A stretch of DNA of 64,000 bases from Lysobacteraceae bacterium (GTDB taxonomy: Bacteria; Pseudomonadota; Gammaproteobacteria; Xanthomonadales; Xanthomonadaceae): NCBI GenBank assembly GCA_026005075.1, contig BPKJ01000009.1, positions 3,435-67,434 on the forward strand, given 5' to 3'. Under the pieces are notes generated by a model that was not told the DNA's origin, made no database searches, and was given only the letters and a program-made list of their open reading frames with translations. The translations under genes and the position numbers were made by a program. Shown here piece by piece: positions 28,731 to 39,465 of this stretch; position 1 is the stretch's first letter, and each line of letters opens with the position of its first letter.

Positions 28731-29753
28731 TCAGCCGCAGAACAGGCCCTGCGGATACTCGGGCTTCTGTTCGCGGGAGAGCAGGAGCTTGAGGCCTTCC
28801 TGGGGGGTGATCTCGCCATGCAGGACGCGCGCGACCAGCGTGCAGATCGGCAGGTCGAGCCGGTGGCGCCGGGCCAGCCGCAGAACCTCGTCCGCGGTCT
28901 GTATCGCCTCCACCACCTGGCCGATCTCGCGCAGCGCCGCGGCAAGGTCCTCGCCCCGTCCGAGCGCGAGGCCGAGACGGCGGTTGCGGGACAGGTCGCC
29001 GGTGCAGGTGAGGACGAGGTCGCCGAGACCGGCAAGTCCCATCAGGGTCTCGGCGCGCCCGCCGAGGGCGAGGTTGAGCCGCAGCATCTCGTTGAGCCCG
29101 CGGGTGATCAGCCCGGCGCGGGCGTTGAGGCCGAGCTGCATGCCGTCGGCAATCCCGGTGGCGACGGCGAGGACGTTCTTCATCGCACCGCCCAGCTCGG
29201 CACCGAGCATGTCGGAGCCGGTGTAGACGCGGAAGGTCGGGCCGTGCAGGGCATCGGCGACCTGCTGCGCGAACCCGGCATCGTCCGAGTGCACGGTCAC
29301 CGCGGTCGGCAGTCCGGCGGTCACCTCGCGCGCGAAGGACGGACCGGTGACCACCGCCTTGGCCGTTGCCGTGCCGAGCAGTTCCTCGGCGACCTCGTGC
29401 AGGAAGCGGCCCGAACCGGGCTCGAAGCCCTTGGTGGCCCAGGCAAGGCCGGCTTCGGGGCGGCGCAGGGGCGCGAGCGCGGAGAGCACGCCCGGGAAGG
29501 CATGGCTGGGGACGACGACCAGCAGCAGGTCCGAATCCGCGGCGACCGCCGCCATGTCGGCACTGAAGGAAAGCCCGGCGGGCAGATCGAGGTCAGGCAG
29601 GTAGCGCAGGTTGCGTCGCCGCTCGCGCATGGCTGCCACCTGCTCCGGGTCGCGGCCCCAGAGCACGGTGGCATGGCCGTTGCGCGCGGCCTGGGCGGCC
29701 AGCGCCGTGCCCCAGGAGCCGGCGCCGAACACGCCTACCCGAAGGGGCGCCAT
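28731..29753 (-). CDS. gpsA: NAD(P)H-dependent glycerol-3-phosphate dehydrogenase
   Basis: [46 protein letters not shown]. Confidence 0.95.
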   Translation of the reverse strand: MAPLRVGVFGAGSWGTALAAQAARNGHATVLWGRDPEQVAAMRERRRNLRYLPDLDLPAGLSFSADMAAVAADSDLLLVVVPSHAFPGVLSALAPLRRPEAGLAWATKGFEPGSGRFLHEVAEELLGTATAKAVVTGPSFAREVTAGLPTAVTVHSDDAGFAQQVADALHGPTFRVYTGSDMLGAELGGAMKNVLAVATGIADGMQLGLNARAGLITRGLNEMLRLNLALGGRAETLMGLAGLGDLVLTCTGDLSRNRRLGLALGRGEDLAAALREIGQVVEAIQTADEVLRLARRHRLDLPICTLVARVLHGEITPQEGLKLLLSREQKPEYPQGLFCG

Positions 29754-29761
29754 GGCCTGGC

Positions 29762-30280
29762 TCAGGCGCCCTCGGCGGACGCTCCGGCGGCCGGCGCGCC
29801 CTCGGCCTGCTGGGCGGCCCGGCGGCGCAGCTGCTCGGCGTAGATCTGCTCGAAGTTGACCGGCTGCAGCAGGAACGGGGCGAAGCCGCCGCCCTGGATC
29901 AGGTCGGAGATCGTCTGCCGGGCGTAGGGGAACAGCACGTTCGGGCAGTAGGTGGCGAGGACGGCCTCGAGGTTGCGGGCATCGAAGCCGGCGATGCCGA
30001 AGATGCCGGCCTGCTGGACCTCCGCGAGGTAGGCGGTCTTCTCGCCGAGGGTGCAGGTCAGGGTCACCGTCAGCACCACCTCGTACACGTTCTCGGCCAG
30101 CGTGGTCACGCGCTGCGACAGGTTCAGCTGGAGGTTGGTCTGACCCTCCTCCTGGAAGATCTGCGGCGCGGCCGGGGCCTCGAAGGAGACGTCCTTGGTG
30201 TAGATCTTCTGCAGGACGATCTGGGCCTGCGGCTGCTGGGCTTGCGGCTGGGCGGCGCCGTTGGCGGCGGAATCGGTCAT
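29762..30280 (-). CDS. secB: Protein-export chaperone SecB
   Basis: [41 protein letters not shown]. Confidence 0.96.
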   Translation of the reverse strand: MTDSAANGAAQPQAQQPQAQIVLQKIYTKDVSFEAPAAPQIFQEEGQTNLQLNLSQRVTTLAENVYEVVLTVTLTCTLGEKTAYLAEVQQAGIFGIAGFDARNLEAVLATYCPNVLFPYARQTISDLIQGGGFAPFLLQPVNFEQIYAEQLRRRAAQQAEGAPAAGASAEGA

Positions 30281-30379
30281 GGGGTTCTCCATTGGGGGTG
30301 AGGGCCCGGGCAGGCCGGGCCGAAACGGGCAAGACCGCCGATTATCCCACGGGCGGCGCCATCGTGCAGGGCGCTGCGC

Positions 30380-30817
30380 TCATTCCCTGCCCCGGGTGAG
30401 CGGCAGCTCGGCCTGCTGCCAGGCGGCGATCCCGCCCTCGAGCACGAACACCTTCGAGCGCCCCGCCTTGACCAGCCGGCTGGCCGCCTGGCCGGCGGTC
30501 ACCCCGCTCCGGCACACCAGCACCACCGGCACGTCGCCGGCCTTGGCAAACAGCCTGTGGGACGGGTCGAACTGGCTCATCGGCAGATGCCGGGAGCCGG
30601 CGATGTGGCCCTTCTCGAAGTCGGCGATCGGGCTCACGTCGACCACCAGCGCGTTCTCGCGGTTCACGAGGCGGGTGAGCTCCGCCGGCGTGATGCCCTT
30701 GTAGCCGCGGGTGAAGCGCGACAGCTCGTTGGCGAGCAGGGCAAGGCCGATGCCGACGAAGGCCAGCACCAGGATCGGGTGGTTGCCGATGAACTCGGCC
30801 AGCTGGGAGGAAGACAC
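30380..30817 (-). CDS. Rhodanese-like domain protein (YibN type)
   Basis: N-terminal TM, FEKGHIAGS, LVCRSG, LEGGIAAW; conserved position upstream of secB. Confidence 0.88.
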   Translation of the reverse strand: MSSSQLAEFIGNHPILVLAFVGIGLALLANELSRFTRGYKGITPAELTRLVNRENALVVDVSPIADFEKGHIAGSRHLPMSQFDPSHRLFAKAGDVPVVLVCRSGVTAGQAASRLVKAGRSKVFVLEGGIAAWQQAELPLTRGRE

Positions 30818-30872
30818 GGACGCGGACCTCGTGGAAGTCGGAAGGGGCGGGCCGGAGCCCGGCGGGAGGCGG

Positions 30873-31727
30873 CTACTCGCCGAGCGCCTCGCGCATGAAC
30901 TCCGGCAGGACCAGGGCGGCCTTGTGGACGTCCGCGCTGTAGTAGCGGGTCGGGAAGCTCTTGCTGTGCGCGCCGCGCTCGCGGAAGCCCGACAGGTCGG
31001 CACCCTTGCGGGCCATGGTGCAGCTCCACCAGCCGGTCGGGTAGGCCGGCTGCGGGAACGGCAGCGTGCGTACCGCGGCGAAGCCCACCTGGCGCATCAG
31101 CTGGCGCATGGTCTTGATCAGCGCCAGCTGGGTCAGCGGTGGCTCGCTCTGCTGGACGAGGATGCCGCCGGGGCGCAGGGCCTTGAAGCAGCTCTGGTAG
31201 AACGACTCGTTGAACAGGCCTTCCGCCGGGCCGACCGGATCGGTGGAATCGACGATCACCACGTCCACGCTTTCGGCCGCCGCCGCGGCCATGTAGGCGA
31301 TGCCGTCCTCGAACAGGAGCTGCGCCCGCGGGTCGGCGTTGGCCTCGCACAGTTCCGGGAAGTACTGCTCCGCAAGGCGGGTGACGCGCTCGTCGATCTC
31401 GACCTGCACCGCCTGTTCGACCTCGCGGTGGCGCAGCACCTCGCGCAGGGTGCCGCAGTCGCCGCCGCCGATGATCACCACCCGCTTGGGATTGCTGTGC
31501 GAGAACAGCGCCGGGTGGGCCATCATTTCGTGGTAGAGGAAGTTGTCGCGCGTGGTCAGCATGATGCAGCCGTCCAGCGCCATCAGGTTGCCCCAGTCGG
31601 TGGTCTCGTAGATCTCGATCTTCTGGAACGGCGTCTGCTCCTCGTGCAGCTTGCGCTTGACCCGAAAGCCGATCGCCGAGCCGGAGTGGTCGACCTCTTC
31701 GATGAACCAGGATGGGGGAGTGCTCAT
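30873..31727 (-). CDS. speE: Polyamine aminopropyltransferase (spermidine synthase)
   Basis: TPFQKIEI, LDGCIMLT, IIGGGDCGTLREV, IVDSTDPVGPA. Confidence 0.94.
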   Translation of the reverse strand: MSTPPSWFIEEVDHSGSAIGFRVKRKLHEEQTPFQKIEIYETTDWGNLMALDGCIMLTTRDNFLYHEMMAHPALFSHSNPKRVVIIGGGDCGTLREVLRHREVEQAVQVEIDERVTRLAEQYFPELCEANADPRAQLLFEDGIAYMAAAAAESVDVVIVDSTDPVGPAEGLFNESFYQSCFKALRPGGILVQQSEPPLTQLALIKTMRQLMRQVGFAAVRTLPFPQPAYPTGWWSCTMARKGADLSGFRERGAHSKSFPTRYYSADVHKAALVLPEFMREALGE

Positions 31728-31979
31728 GCAGGGGACCGGGGTAACCCAAACGGGCCGGGATTGTACCCGATGGCGGACCTGCCGACGGTCAGGCTCGATC
31801 GGTCGGCGAGGAACCGGCGGGTCGGGGACCACGATGGCGCATCGCTCCGAGCGGCAGTTACGTCTTCCACGCCGGCACCGGGCGCGACGACGCGCGTCCA
31901 GCCGGGGCTGCCGTCCGCCAGGACCATGCGGGCGGTCCGGGCTGGGTACACTACGCGCCCCTGCCGCTGGAGTCCTTCC

Positions 31980-33863
31980 GTGAGCGATTGGAGCGTGGAC
32001 CGCGCCCGCCAGACCTACTCGGTCCCCTACTGGAGCGAGGGCTACTTCGACATCGACACCCGGGGCCGCGTGGTGGCGCAGCCGCGCGGGCCGGGCGGGC
32101 CCGTGATCGTGCTGGACGAGGTGGTCGCCGCGGCCCGCGCGCAGGGCCTGCGCCTGCCGCTCCTGCTGCGCTTCTCCGACATCCTGCGCGACCGCCTGGC
32201 CCGGCTGCAGGCCGCGTTCGCGCGCGCGATGCAGGACTGCGGCTACGCCGGCGGCTACACCGCGGTCTACCCCATCAAGGTCAACCAGCACCACGGGGTG
32301 ACCGGCGAGCTGGTGGCGGCGGGGCAGGACGGGCAGTTCGGCCTGGAGGCCGGTTCCAAGCCCGAGCTGATGGCCGTGCTGGCACTGTCCCGCCCGGGCG
32401 GGATCGTGGTCTGCAACGGCTACAAGGATCGCGAGTACATCCGCCTTGCCCTGATCGGCCGCAAGCTCGGGCTGGAGACCTTCATCGTGGTGGAGAAGCC
32501 TTCCGAGCTGGAGGCGGTCATCGAGGAGTCGCGGGCGCTGGGTGTCCGCCCCGGGCTCGGGGTGCGCATGCGGCTGGCCACGCTGGGCAGCGGCAAGTGG
32601 CAGAACAGCGGTGGGGAGAAGGCCAAGTTCGGCCTCTCGCCGCGGCAACTGCTCGACCTCGTGCAGCGCCTCGGTGAAGCCGGGCTGCGCGATGCCCTGC
32701 AGCTGCTGCACTTCCACATGGGCTCGCAGATCAGCAACGTGCGCGACATCGCCGCGGGGATGCGCGAGGCCACCCGCTACCTGGTCGAGGTCCGGGCGCT
32801 GGGTTGCCCGATCCGCTTCATGGACGTGGGCGGCGGGCTCGGCGTCGACTACGAGGGCACCCGTTCGCGCGGGGCCTGCTCGATCAACTACGGGCTCGAC
32901 CAGTACGCCCACACCATCGTCCAGCCGCTCGCCGATGCCTGCGCCGAACACGGGCTGCCGCCGCCGCGCATCCTCACCGAGTCGGGACGGGCCCTCACCG
33001 CCCACCACGCGGTGCTCATCGCCAATGTCAGCGAGGTCGAGCCCGCCCCGGCCGGGGCCCTGCCGCCGGTGGAGGGCGAGGAGTCGCTGGCGCTGCGCCA
33101 CCTGCGCGAACTCCACGCCCGGCTCGACCAGCGCTCGGCGGTGGAGGTCTTCCACGATGCCCAGCATTACCTGGCCGAGGGGCAGGCCGCCTACGTGCTC
33201 GGCCAGATCGGGCTGGCCGAGCGGGCGCGGCTGGACGACGTCTTCCATGCCATCGCCCATGGCGTGCGTGCGCGCCTGAGGGCCGAGGAGAAGAGCCACC
33301 GGCCGCTGATCGATGAGCTCGACGCGCGTCTGGTCGACAAGTACTTCGTCAACTTCTCGGTGTTCGAATCGGTGCCGGACGTCTGGGCCATCGACCAGGT
33401 CTTCCCGATCCTGCCGATCCACCGCCTCGACGAGGCGCCGACCCGCCGCGGCGTCATCGCCGACCTGACCTGCGACTCGGACGGGCAGATCGACCTCTAC
33501 GTCGACGACGGCGAGCTCGACAGCGCTCTGCCCCTGCACTGGCCCGGTCCGGGCGGCTACCGCATCGGCATCTTCATGGTCGGTGCCTACCAGGACACCC
33601 TGGGCGACATCCACAACCTGTTCGGCGACACCTCCGCGGTCAACGTAAGCCTCACTCAGGAGGGCTACGCGCTGACCTGCTCGCGGCGTGGCGACACCGC
33701 CGACGTGATGCTCGACTACGTCGGCTACGACCTCGAGGGGCTGCGTGCGGCCTTTCGGGACAAGGTCGCGGCCGCGGGCCTGGATGCGCAGGAGGGGGCG
33801 GCCCTGCTCGCGGCGCTGGAAGCGGGTCTGACCGGCTACACCTACCTCGACGACGGCGACTGA
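31980..33863 (+). CDS. speA: Biosynthetic arginine decarboxylase
   Basis: YPIKVNQ (PLP Lys), GLEAGSKPEL, HFHMGSQI, DVGGGLGVDY, TCDSDG, GAYQDTLG; GTG start at 31980. Confidence 0.94.
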   Translation: MSDWSVDRARQTYSVPYWSEGYFDIDTRGRVVAQPRGPGGPVIVLDEVVAAARAQGLRLPLLLRFSDILRDRLARLQAAFARAMQDCGYAGGYTAVYPIKVNQHHGVTGELVAAGQDGQFGLEAGSKPELMAVLALSRPGGIVVCNGYKDREYIRLALIGRKLGLETFIVVEKPSELEAVIEESRALGVRPGLGVRMRLATLGSGKWQNSGGEKAKFGLSPRQLLDLVQRLGEAGLRDALQLLHFHMGSQISNVRDIAAGMREATRYLVEVRALGCPIRFMDVGGGLGVDYEGTRSRGACSINYGLDQYAHTIVQPLADACAEHGLPPPRILTESGRALTAHHAVLIANVSEVEPAPAGALPPVEGEESLALRHLRELHARLDQRSAVEVFHDAQHYLAEGQAAYVLGQIGLAERARLDDVFHAIAHGVRARLRAEEKSHRPLIDELDARLVDKYFVNFSVFESVPDVWAIDQVFPILPIHRLDEAPTRRGVIADLTCDSDGQIDLYVDDGELDSALPLHWPGPGGYRIGIFMVGAYQDTLGDIHNLFGDTSAVNVSLTQEGYALTCSRRGDTADVMLDYVGYDLEGLRAAFRDKVAAAGLDAQEGAALLAALEAGLTGYTYLDDGD

Positions 33864-33976
33864 AGCAGGGCGCTGGCCGGGCGCGGCCGCCTTGCCACCT
33901 GAACGGCGTCCCCCGCCCCGCCCGGGCGGAGGGCGCGGCGGGCGTATAGTGGCGGCAACGCATCCTGGAGTCCGCC

Positions 33977-36542
33977 ATGCGCGGTCCGGACAAGCCGAGC
34001 GTGTCGCAAGGGCGTCTGGGCCCTGCCGTGGCGGCGATGGGGCTCGCCGCGGCCCTGCTGCTCGGGTGGCTTCATGCCCAGACCCTGCGGGATCGGGCCG
34101 ACCAGGCCCTGCAGCATCGCGCGGACCTCTACCGCGGCGCACTGCTGGAGCGGCTGCGTGCCGAGGCCGGGCTGGCCGAGGCGGTGCAGCGCATCGTGGC
34201 CAGCGAGCCGGGCCTGGGGGAGGCGGCCTTCCTGGCCCGTGTCGACGCGCTGCGGGCGGCCGGTGCCGCGACCGGGCTGCGCCGGATCTCGTGGGCTTCG
34301 CCCGCCAGGGACGGGACGGACGGCGCGGGGCAGGTGCTGGTGTATCCGGGCGCGCCCCCGGCCACGGCGGTGCAGGCGGCGCCGGCTCCTGAGGCCATGC
34401 CCCTTGCGGTTCTCGATCCGGCGGTCGCCCAGGGGCCGGCGGTCCTGCTGCTGCAGCTCCCGGCGCCGACGGGCGCCGCGTCCGGCCGCATCGAGCTCGC
34501 CTTCGACCTGCTCCCGCTGATCGACGCCGCGCTGCCGCCCAATGGGCGCGGCCGGGACTACCGCCTCGAGGTGGTCGCGCTGGGCTCGGGTGCGCCACGG
34601 CTGCTCTACCCGCAGGGCGCGCAGGCCACCCCGCTCGTCGACGCAGCGGCGGTTCCGGCGCGCAGCGATCTCGAGTTCCTCGGCCAGCTCTGGCAGGTGC
34701 GGCTGTTTCCGCAGCCGGGCTGGTATGCCGAGGGCCTGCGCGAGGCGACCGCGCTCGCCGTGCTCGGCGCGCTGCTCGCCCTGCTGCTGGGCGCGTGGAT
34801 CGCGGCCCTGCTGCGCACCCGCGAGCGCGCGCGGCGCCTGGCGCGCAGCCTCGCGGACAGGGTCCGCCAGACCGAGCAGCGCTTCCGCCGCCTGACCGAG
34901 CTGCTGCCGAGCCCGGTGCTGGTGGTCGGCGCACGAGGCGGCCGCATCCACTACGCGAACCGCGCCGCCCGGGCGCTGCTGGAGCTCGATCCCGCCGCCG
35001 ATCCTGGGCACGATCCAGCGATTTCGGCCTCGTTGCCCGAGGATCTCGCGGACAGCGGGGGCCTCGAGGAGGAACAACGCAGCGGATCGCTGCGCGCCAG
35101 GAGCGGACGTCGTTTCGATGCGGCGTGGCGCTGCGTGGCGCTGGACGAGGCCTCGGCGGAGGCCGGTTCGGAGGAGCGCTGGCTGCTGCTGCTGGAGGAC
35201 ATCAGCGAGCGCCGCCAGCTCACCGCCCAGCTTCGCTACCAGGCCAGCCACGATGCCCTGACCGGGCTGCTCAACCGGCGTGCGTTCGATGCCCTGCTGC
35301 ACCGGGCCTGCCAGAACGAGCTGCCAGGGTTCGAGCGCGCCTGGCTGCTCTACCTCGACGTCGACCAGTTCAAGCTGATCAACGACACCTGCGGTCACGC
35401 GGCGGGCGACCAGTTGCTGGCCGAGGTCGCACGGGTGCTGGGCAGCGAGGCCGGACCGGCGGCGCGGATCGCCCGTCTGGGCGGCGACGAGTTCGGCCTG
35501 CTGCTGCCGGGCGCGGATCCCGGCGGATGCCGTGCATGGGCCGAGGGCGTCGCGGCCAGGCTCGCCGGCCACCCGTTCGACTGGGAGGGGCGGCGGTTCC
35601 GCCTGACGGTGAGCATCGGCGCCGTCGCCTTCGATGCGTCGGGCCGGCCCGATCCGGCCGACCTGCTCGCCACCGCCGACACCGCCTGCTACCTCGCCAA
35701 GGAGGGCGGACGCAACCGCGTCGTCGTGCACAACGAGAACGAGCAGGCATCGCGGCAGCGGCGCAGCGAGATGGACTGGGTCCGCAAGCTGCGCGAGGCG
35801 CTGGCCGAGGACCGGCTGCTGCTGTTCCACCAGGAGCTGCGGGCCCTGCACGGGACGCCGCCTGAGGGTCCGCATTTCGAGCTGCTGCTGCGCTTGCGGC
35901 GGCGTGACGGCACGCTGGCTGCGCCGGGCGATTTCCTTCCCGCCGCCGAGCGCTACGGCGTCATGCCCGAGGTCGACCGCTGGGTGGTGCGTTGCGCCCT
36001 CGCCCACTTCGACGCCCTGCACCCGGCCGGAGCGCGGGCGGCGCTGTGCGGCATCAACCTCTCCGGCGCCACCCTCGGTGATCGCGGCTTCCCGGACTTC
36101 CTGCTCGACCGGCTGGAGCGCTCCGCGGTGGATCCCGGCCGGCTCTGCTTCGAGATCACCGAGACTGCGGCGGTGGCGGACCTGGAGCGGGCCAGGGCGC
36201 TGATCCTTCGCCTGCGTGCGCTGGGCTGCAAGGTCGCGCTCGACGACTTTCGGCGCCGGCATGTCCTCGTTCGGCTACCTCAAGAACCTGCCGATCGACC
36301 TCATCAAGATCGACGGCAGCTTCATCCGCGACATCGAGTGCGACCGCCTTTGCCAGGCGATCGTCGCCGCGATCACCCAGGTCGGCCACCAGGTCGGGGT
36401 CGAGGTGGTCGCCGAGTTCGTCGAGACGCAGGCGCAGATCGGGATCCTGCGCGGTCTGGGCGTGGATTACGCCCAGGGCTACGCGGTCCACGTGCCGGCG
36501 GTGGTGCCGGCCCACGCCGGGCGGGTGCCGGTGGCCGGCTGA
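33977..36542 (+). CDS. Membrane CHASE-like/PAS/GGDEF/EAL c-di-GMP enzyme; frameshifted at ~36249 in the EAL domain
   Basis: HDALTGLLNRR, ARLGGDEF, ELLLRL; DDFGAG loop split by an extra T; the next frame gives SSFGYLKNLPIDLIKIDGSF, VAEFVET, YAQGY. Confidence 0.85.
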
Positions 36543-36611
36543 GCCGGCCCACTGGCGCGCGCCACGGCAGCCGGGGAGAATGCGCCGGGACGCGTTCTCG
36601 GGAGCCATGGC

Positions 36612-37484
36612 ATGCAGGAGGCCGACGCCGGATTCATCGGGCTGGGCGCAATGGGCGGACCGATGGCCCGCCATCTCGCGGCGGCGGGGCGGCTTGCCTG
36701 GGTGGGCAACCGCAGCCCCGAGAAGGCGGTCGCGCTGGCGAGCGAAGTCGGCGTCTCGGCCGCGCGCGAGGTGGCGGATTTCGCGCCCTGCCGCGTGGTG
36801 CTGCTGTGCGTGGGCGAGGACCGCGACGTGCTGGAGCAGGTCGAAGCGCTGGCCGGCGTGCTGCAGCCAGGCGCGATCGTCATCGACCACAGCACGGTCT
36901 CGGTCGACACCGCGCGCGCCGCCGGCAGCCGGCTTGCCGCGGCCGGCATCGGCTTTCTCGACGCGCCGGTCAGCGGTGGCGTCGAGGGTGCGCGCAACGG
37001 CCGGCTGTCGATCATGGTGGGCGGCAGCGCGGAAGTGCTGCAGCGGGCCCGGCCCTATCTCGCCTGCTACGCGGCCCGCATCGCCCACCTCGGGGCGCAG
37101 GGCAGCGGGCAGGCGGCCAAGGCGGTCAACCAGGTGATGGTGGCCGGCATCAACGAGGCGGTGTGCGAGGCGCTCGCGCTGGCCGAAGGACTCGGGCTGG
37201 ATCCCGACACCCTGCTGCCGACGCTGATGGCCGGCGCGGCCGGCAACTGGTTTCTCGAGAAGCGCGGTGCCAGCATGCTCCGCAACGACTTCCGGCCCGG
37301 CTTCAAGTGTGCGCACATGGCCAAGGACCTGCGCATCGCCGAGACCATGGCAAGCGGGCTGGGCGTTCGCCATCCGGCCCTGCAGCAGGCCCGTCGCGAC
37401 TACGAAGCACTTGCCGCCTGCGGGCGCGGCGAGGCCGACACCTCGGCACTGATCGAGCTCAAGCGCCCCGGCGGGAGGTCCTGA
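36612..37484 (+). CDS. NAD(P)-dependent beta-hydroxyacid dehydrogenase (3-hydroxyisobutyrate DH / GarR family)
   Basis: GFIGLGAMGGPMA, DAPVSGG, AAKAVNQ, KDL. Confidence 0.9.
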   Translation: MQEADAGFIGLGAMGGPMARHLAAAGRLAWVGNRSPEKAVALASEVGVSAAREVADFAPCRVVLLCVGEDRDVLEQVEALAGVLQPGAIVIDHSTVSVDTARAAGSRLAAAGIGFLDAPVSGGVEGARNGRLSIMVGGSAEVLQRARPYLACYAARIAHLGAQGSGQAAKAVNQVMVAGINEAVCEALALAEGLGLDPDTLLPTLMAGAAGNWFLEKRGASMLRNDFRPGFKCAHMAKDLRIAETMASGLGVRHPALQQARRDYEALAACGRGEADTSALIELKRPGGRS

Positions 37485-37586
37485 AGGTCCGCGGCCGGCA
37501 GGCGCGGCGCAGGCACGGCCCGCGGCAGGTGCGATCCGCGGCAGCGGGGTGTAGGCTGCGGGAGCCACTTCGACGATGCTTCCGCC

Positions 37587-38879
37587 ATGCCCCGAGCCGC
37601 GTGGATCCTGCCCGTCCTGCTGCTGCCCCTCGCGGCGCTCGCCCAGTCGCCGGGGCTTCCGTCGGACCTTGGCTTTCAGCCCGTGGTGTCCGGACTGGAC
37701 CGGCCGCTGGGCGTGCGCCATGCCGGCGACACCCGGCTGTTCGTGATCCAGCAGGGCGGCCAGATCCGTATCGTCGACGCCGGCGTGCTGCGGCCGACAC
37801 CGTTCCTCGACCTCGGCAGCACGCCGCCGCCGCTGGGCTTCACCAGCGGCGGCGAGCGCGGCCTGCTGGGGCTGGCCTTCGACCCGGACTACGCACGCAA
37901 CGGTCGCTTCTACGTCTATTACACCGACGGCAACGGCGACAGCGTGGTCGCCCGCTACCTGCGCTCCGGCAGCGATCCGCAGCGGGCCGATCCGGGCAGC
38001 GCGCAGGTGGTGCTGCGGGTCGACCAGGACTTTGCCAACCACAACGGCGGCGACCTGCATTTCGGGCTGGACGGGATGCTCTACATCGGCCTCGGCGATG
38101 GCGGCAGCGCCAACGACCCCTGCAACCGCGCCCAGACCCTGGACCCCGCGGAGCTGGACGGCAGCAGCGGTTGCGAGGCCGATGCCAGCTTCACGGGCAG
38201 CGGCGGGGATCCCGACTCCCGGGCCCTGCTTGGCAAGCTCCTGCGCATCGATGTGTCCCTGGGCGGCAGCGGCGGCGAGCGCTGCGGGGCAGGTGGCTCC
38301 GAGACCGGCTACGGCATCCCCCAGGACAACCCCTACGCGGGCAGCGACGGCATCTGCGACGAGATCTTCGCCAGCGGCCTGCGCAACCCGTATCGCTTCA
38401 GCGTCGACCGTCGCCACGGCGACCTCTGGATCGGCGACGTGGGGCAGAACACGCGCGAGGAGATCGATCGCCTGCCGGCCGCCGCGGGCGGCCTCAACTT
38501 CGGCTGGCGCTGCCGCGAGGGCTTCCTGGCGACACCGGGGGTGAGCTGCCCGGCACCTGCAGCCTTCACCGACCCAGTGGCGGACCATCCGCGCAGCGAG
38601 GCCAGGTCGATCACCGGCGGCTTCCGCTACCGCGGGCCGATCGCCGAGCTCTCGGGTCTCGTCTTCTACGGCGATTTCGTCACCGGCCGGCAGTTCGTGC
38701 TCAGCCGGCGCAGCGGTGCCTGGGTGGCCACCACGTGGCGCGACCAAGGCGGCAATCCCTCCGGCTACGGCGAAGGTGCCGACGGCCACCTGTACATGGC
38801 GGACTACGGCGGCACGTTGTACCGCCTCGTGGCGAGCAGCCCAACCCTGTTCTTCTCCGGAATGGAGGCCGACGAGTAG
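37587..38879 (+). CDS. PQQ-dependent aldose/glucose-sorbosone dehydrogenase (YliI/GdhB family), secreted
   Basis: Signal peptide; GERGLLGLAFDP, HNGGDLHFG, GLRNPYRFS, DVGQNTREEI. Confidence 0.88.
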   Translation: MPRAAWILPVLLLPLAALAQSPGLPSDLGFQPVVSGLDRPLGVRHAGDTRLFVIQQGGQIRIVDAGVLRPTPFLDLGSTPPPLGFTSGGERGLLGLAFDPDYARNGRFYVYYTDGNGDSVVARYLRSGSDPQRADPGSAQVVLRVDQDFANHNGGDLHFGLDGMLYIGLGDGGSANDPCNRAQTLDPAELDGSSGCEADASFTGSGGDPDSRALLGKLLRIDVSLGGSGGERCGAGGSETGYGIPQDNPYAGSDGICDEIFASGLRNPYRFSVDRRHGDLWIGDVGQNTREEIDRLPAAAGGLNFGWRCREGFLATPGVSCPAPAAFTDPVADHPRSEARSITGGFRYRGPIAELSGLVFYGDFVTGRQFVLSRRSGAWVATTWRDQGGNPSGYGEGADGHLYMADYGGTLYRLVASSPTLFFSGMEADE

Positions 38880-38889
38880 GGCGGCGGCC

Positions 38890-39465
38890 TCAGCGCGCCG
38901 GCTCGCGGATCGCGATGGCCTGCACGCCGTTGGCGGCCAGGGTGGACTTGGCCTGGTCCAGCTCGCGCAGCGAGGCGAACGGGCCCAGCATCACGCGGTG
39001 CACGGTCTGCCCGCTGGCGGCGGTGGTCGGCTCGACCCGCGCCACCAGCCCAGTGAAGGCGATCGCCGCCTTGATTTCCTCCGCCCGTCGCGGGTCGCTG
39101 AAGGCGCCGGCCTGCAGGAACAGCCGCCCCGAGGGGGCCTCGGCCGGAGGTTCGCTGCGCGCGCGCGCCTTGATCTCGGCGTCGGGGATGACCACCTCGC
39201 GGCCGGGCAGGACGGTGTAGAAGTCGTACTTGGGGCGGCGGGTGTCCGGCTGGCCCTTCTGCGCCACCGGCGGCTCCGGCTCGGCCGGGCGGGGCGCGAC
39301 CGGGTTGGGCCGCGGCAGCAGCCGGGCCGGGTCGATGCCGTCGCGAACCAGCACCACCACCGCAAGGCCGAGGCCCAGCACGAGGCCGGCCAGAAGCCAG
39401 ACCCAGCCCGGGATCCGCCGCTCGCCGTGACGCCGGGCCTGGGCCTTGGGACGCCGCGCCGCCAT
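38890..39465 (-). CDS. SPOR-domain cell division protein (FtsN-like)
   Basis: TM segment, KYDFYTVLP motif, C-terminal SPOR (LQAGAF..HRVMLGPF); TGATG overlap with argS. Confidence 0.85.
   Translation of the reverse strand: MAARRPKAQARRHGERRIPGWVWLLAGLVLGLGLAVVVLVRDGIDPARLLPRPNPVAPRPAEPEPPVAQKGQPDTRRPKYDFYTVLPGREVVIPDAEIKARARSEPPAEAPSGRLFLQAGAFSDPRRAEEIKAAIAFTGLVARVEPTTAASGQTVHRVMLGPFASLRELDQAKSTLAANGVQAIAIREPAR

Noticed and set aside
33977-39220. 1747-aa ORF suggesting a giant GGDEF/EAL fusion
   Set aside because: Produced by the +1 frameshift at ~36249. The tail is low-complexity off-frame translation over two real genes (36612-37484, 37587-38879).
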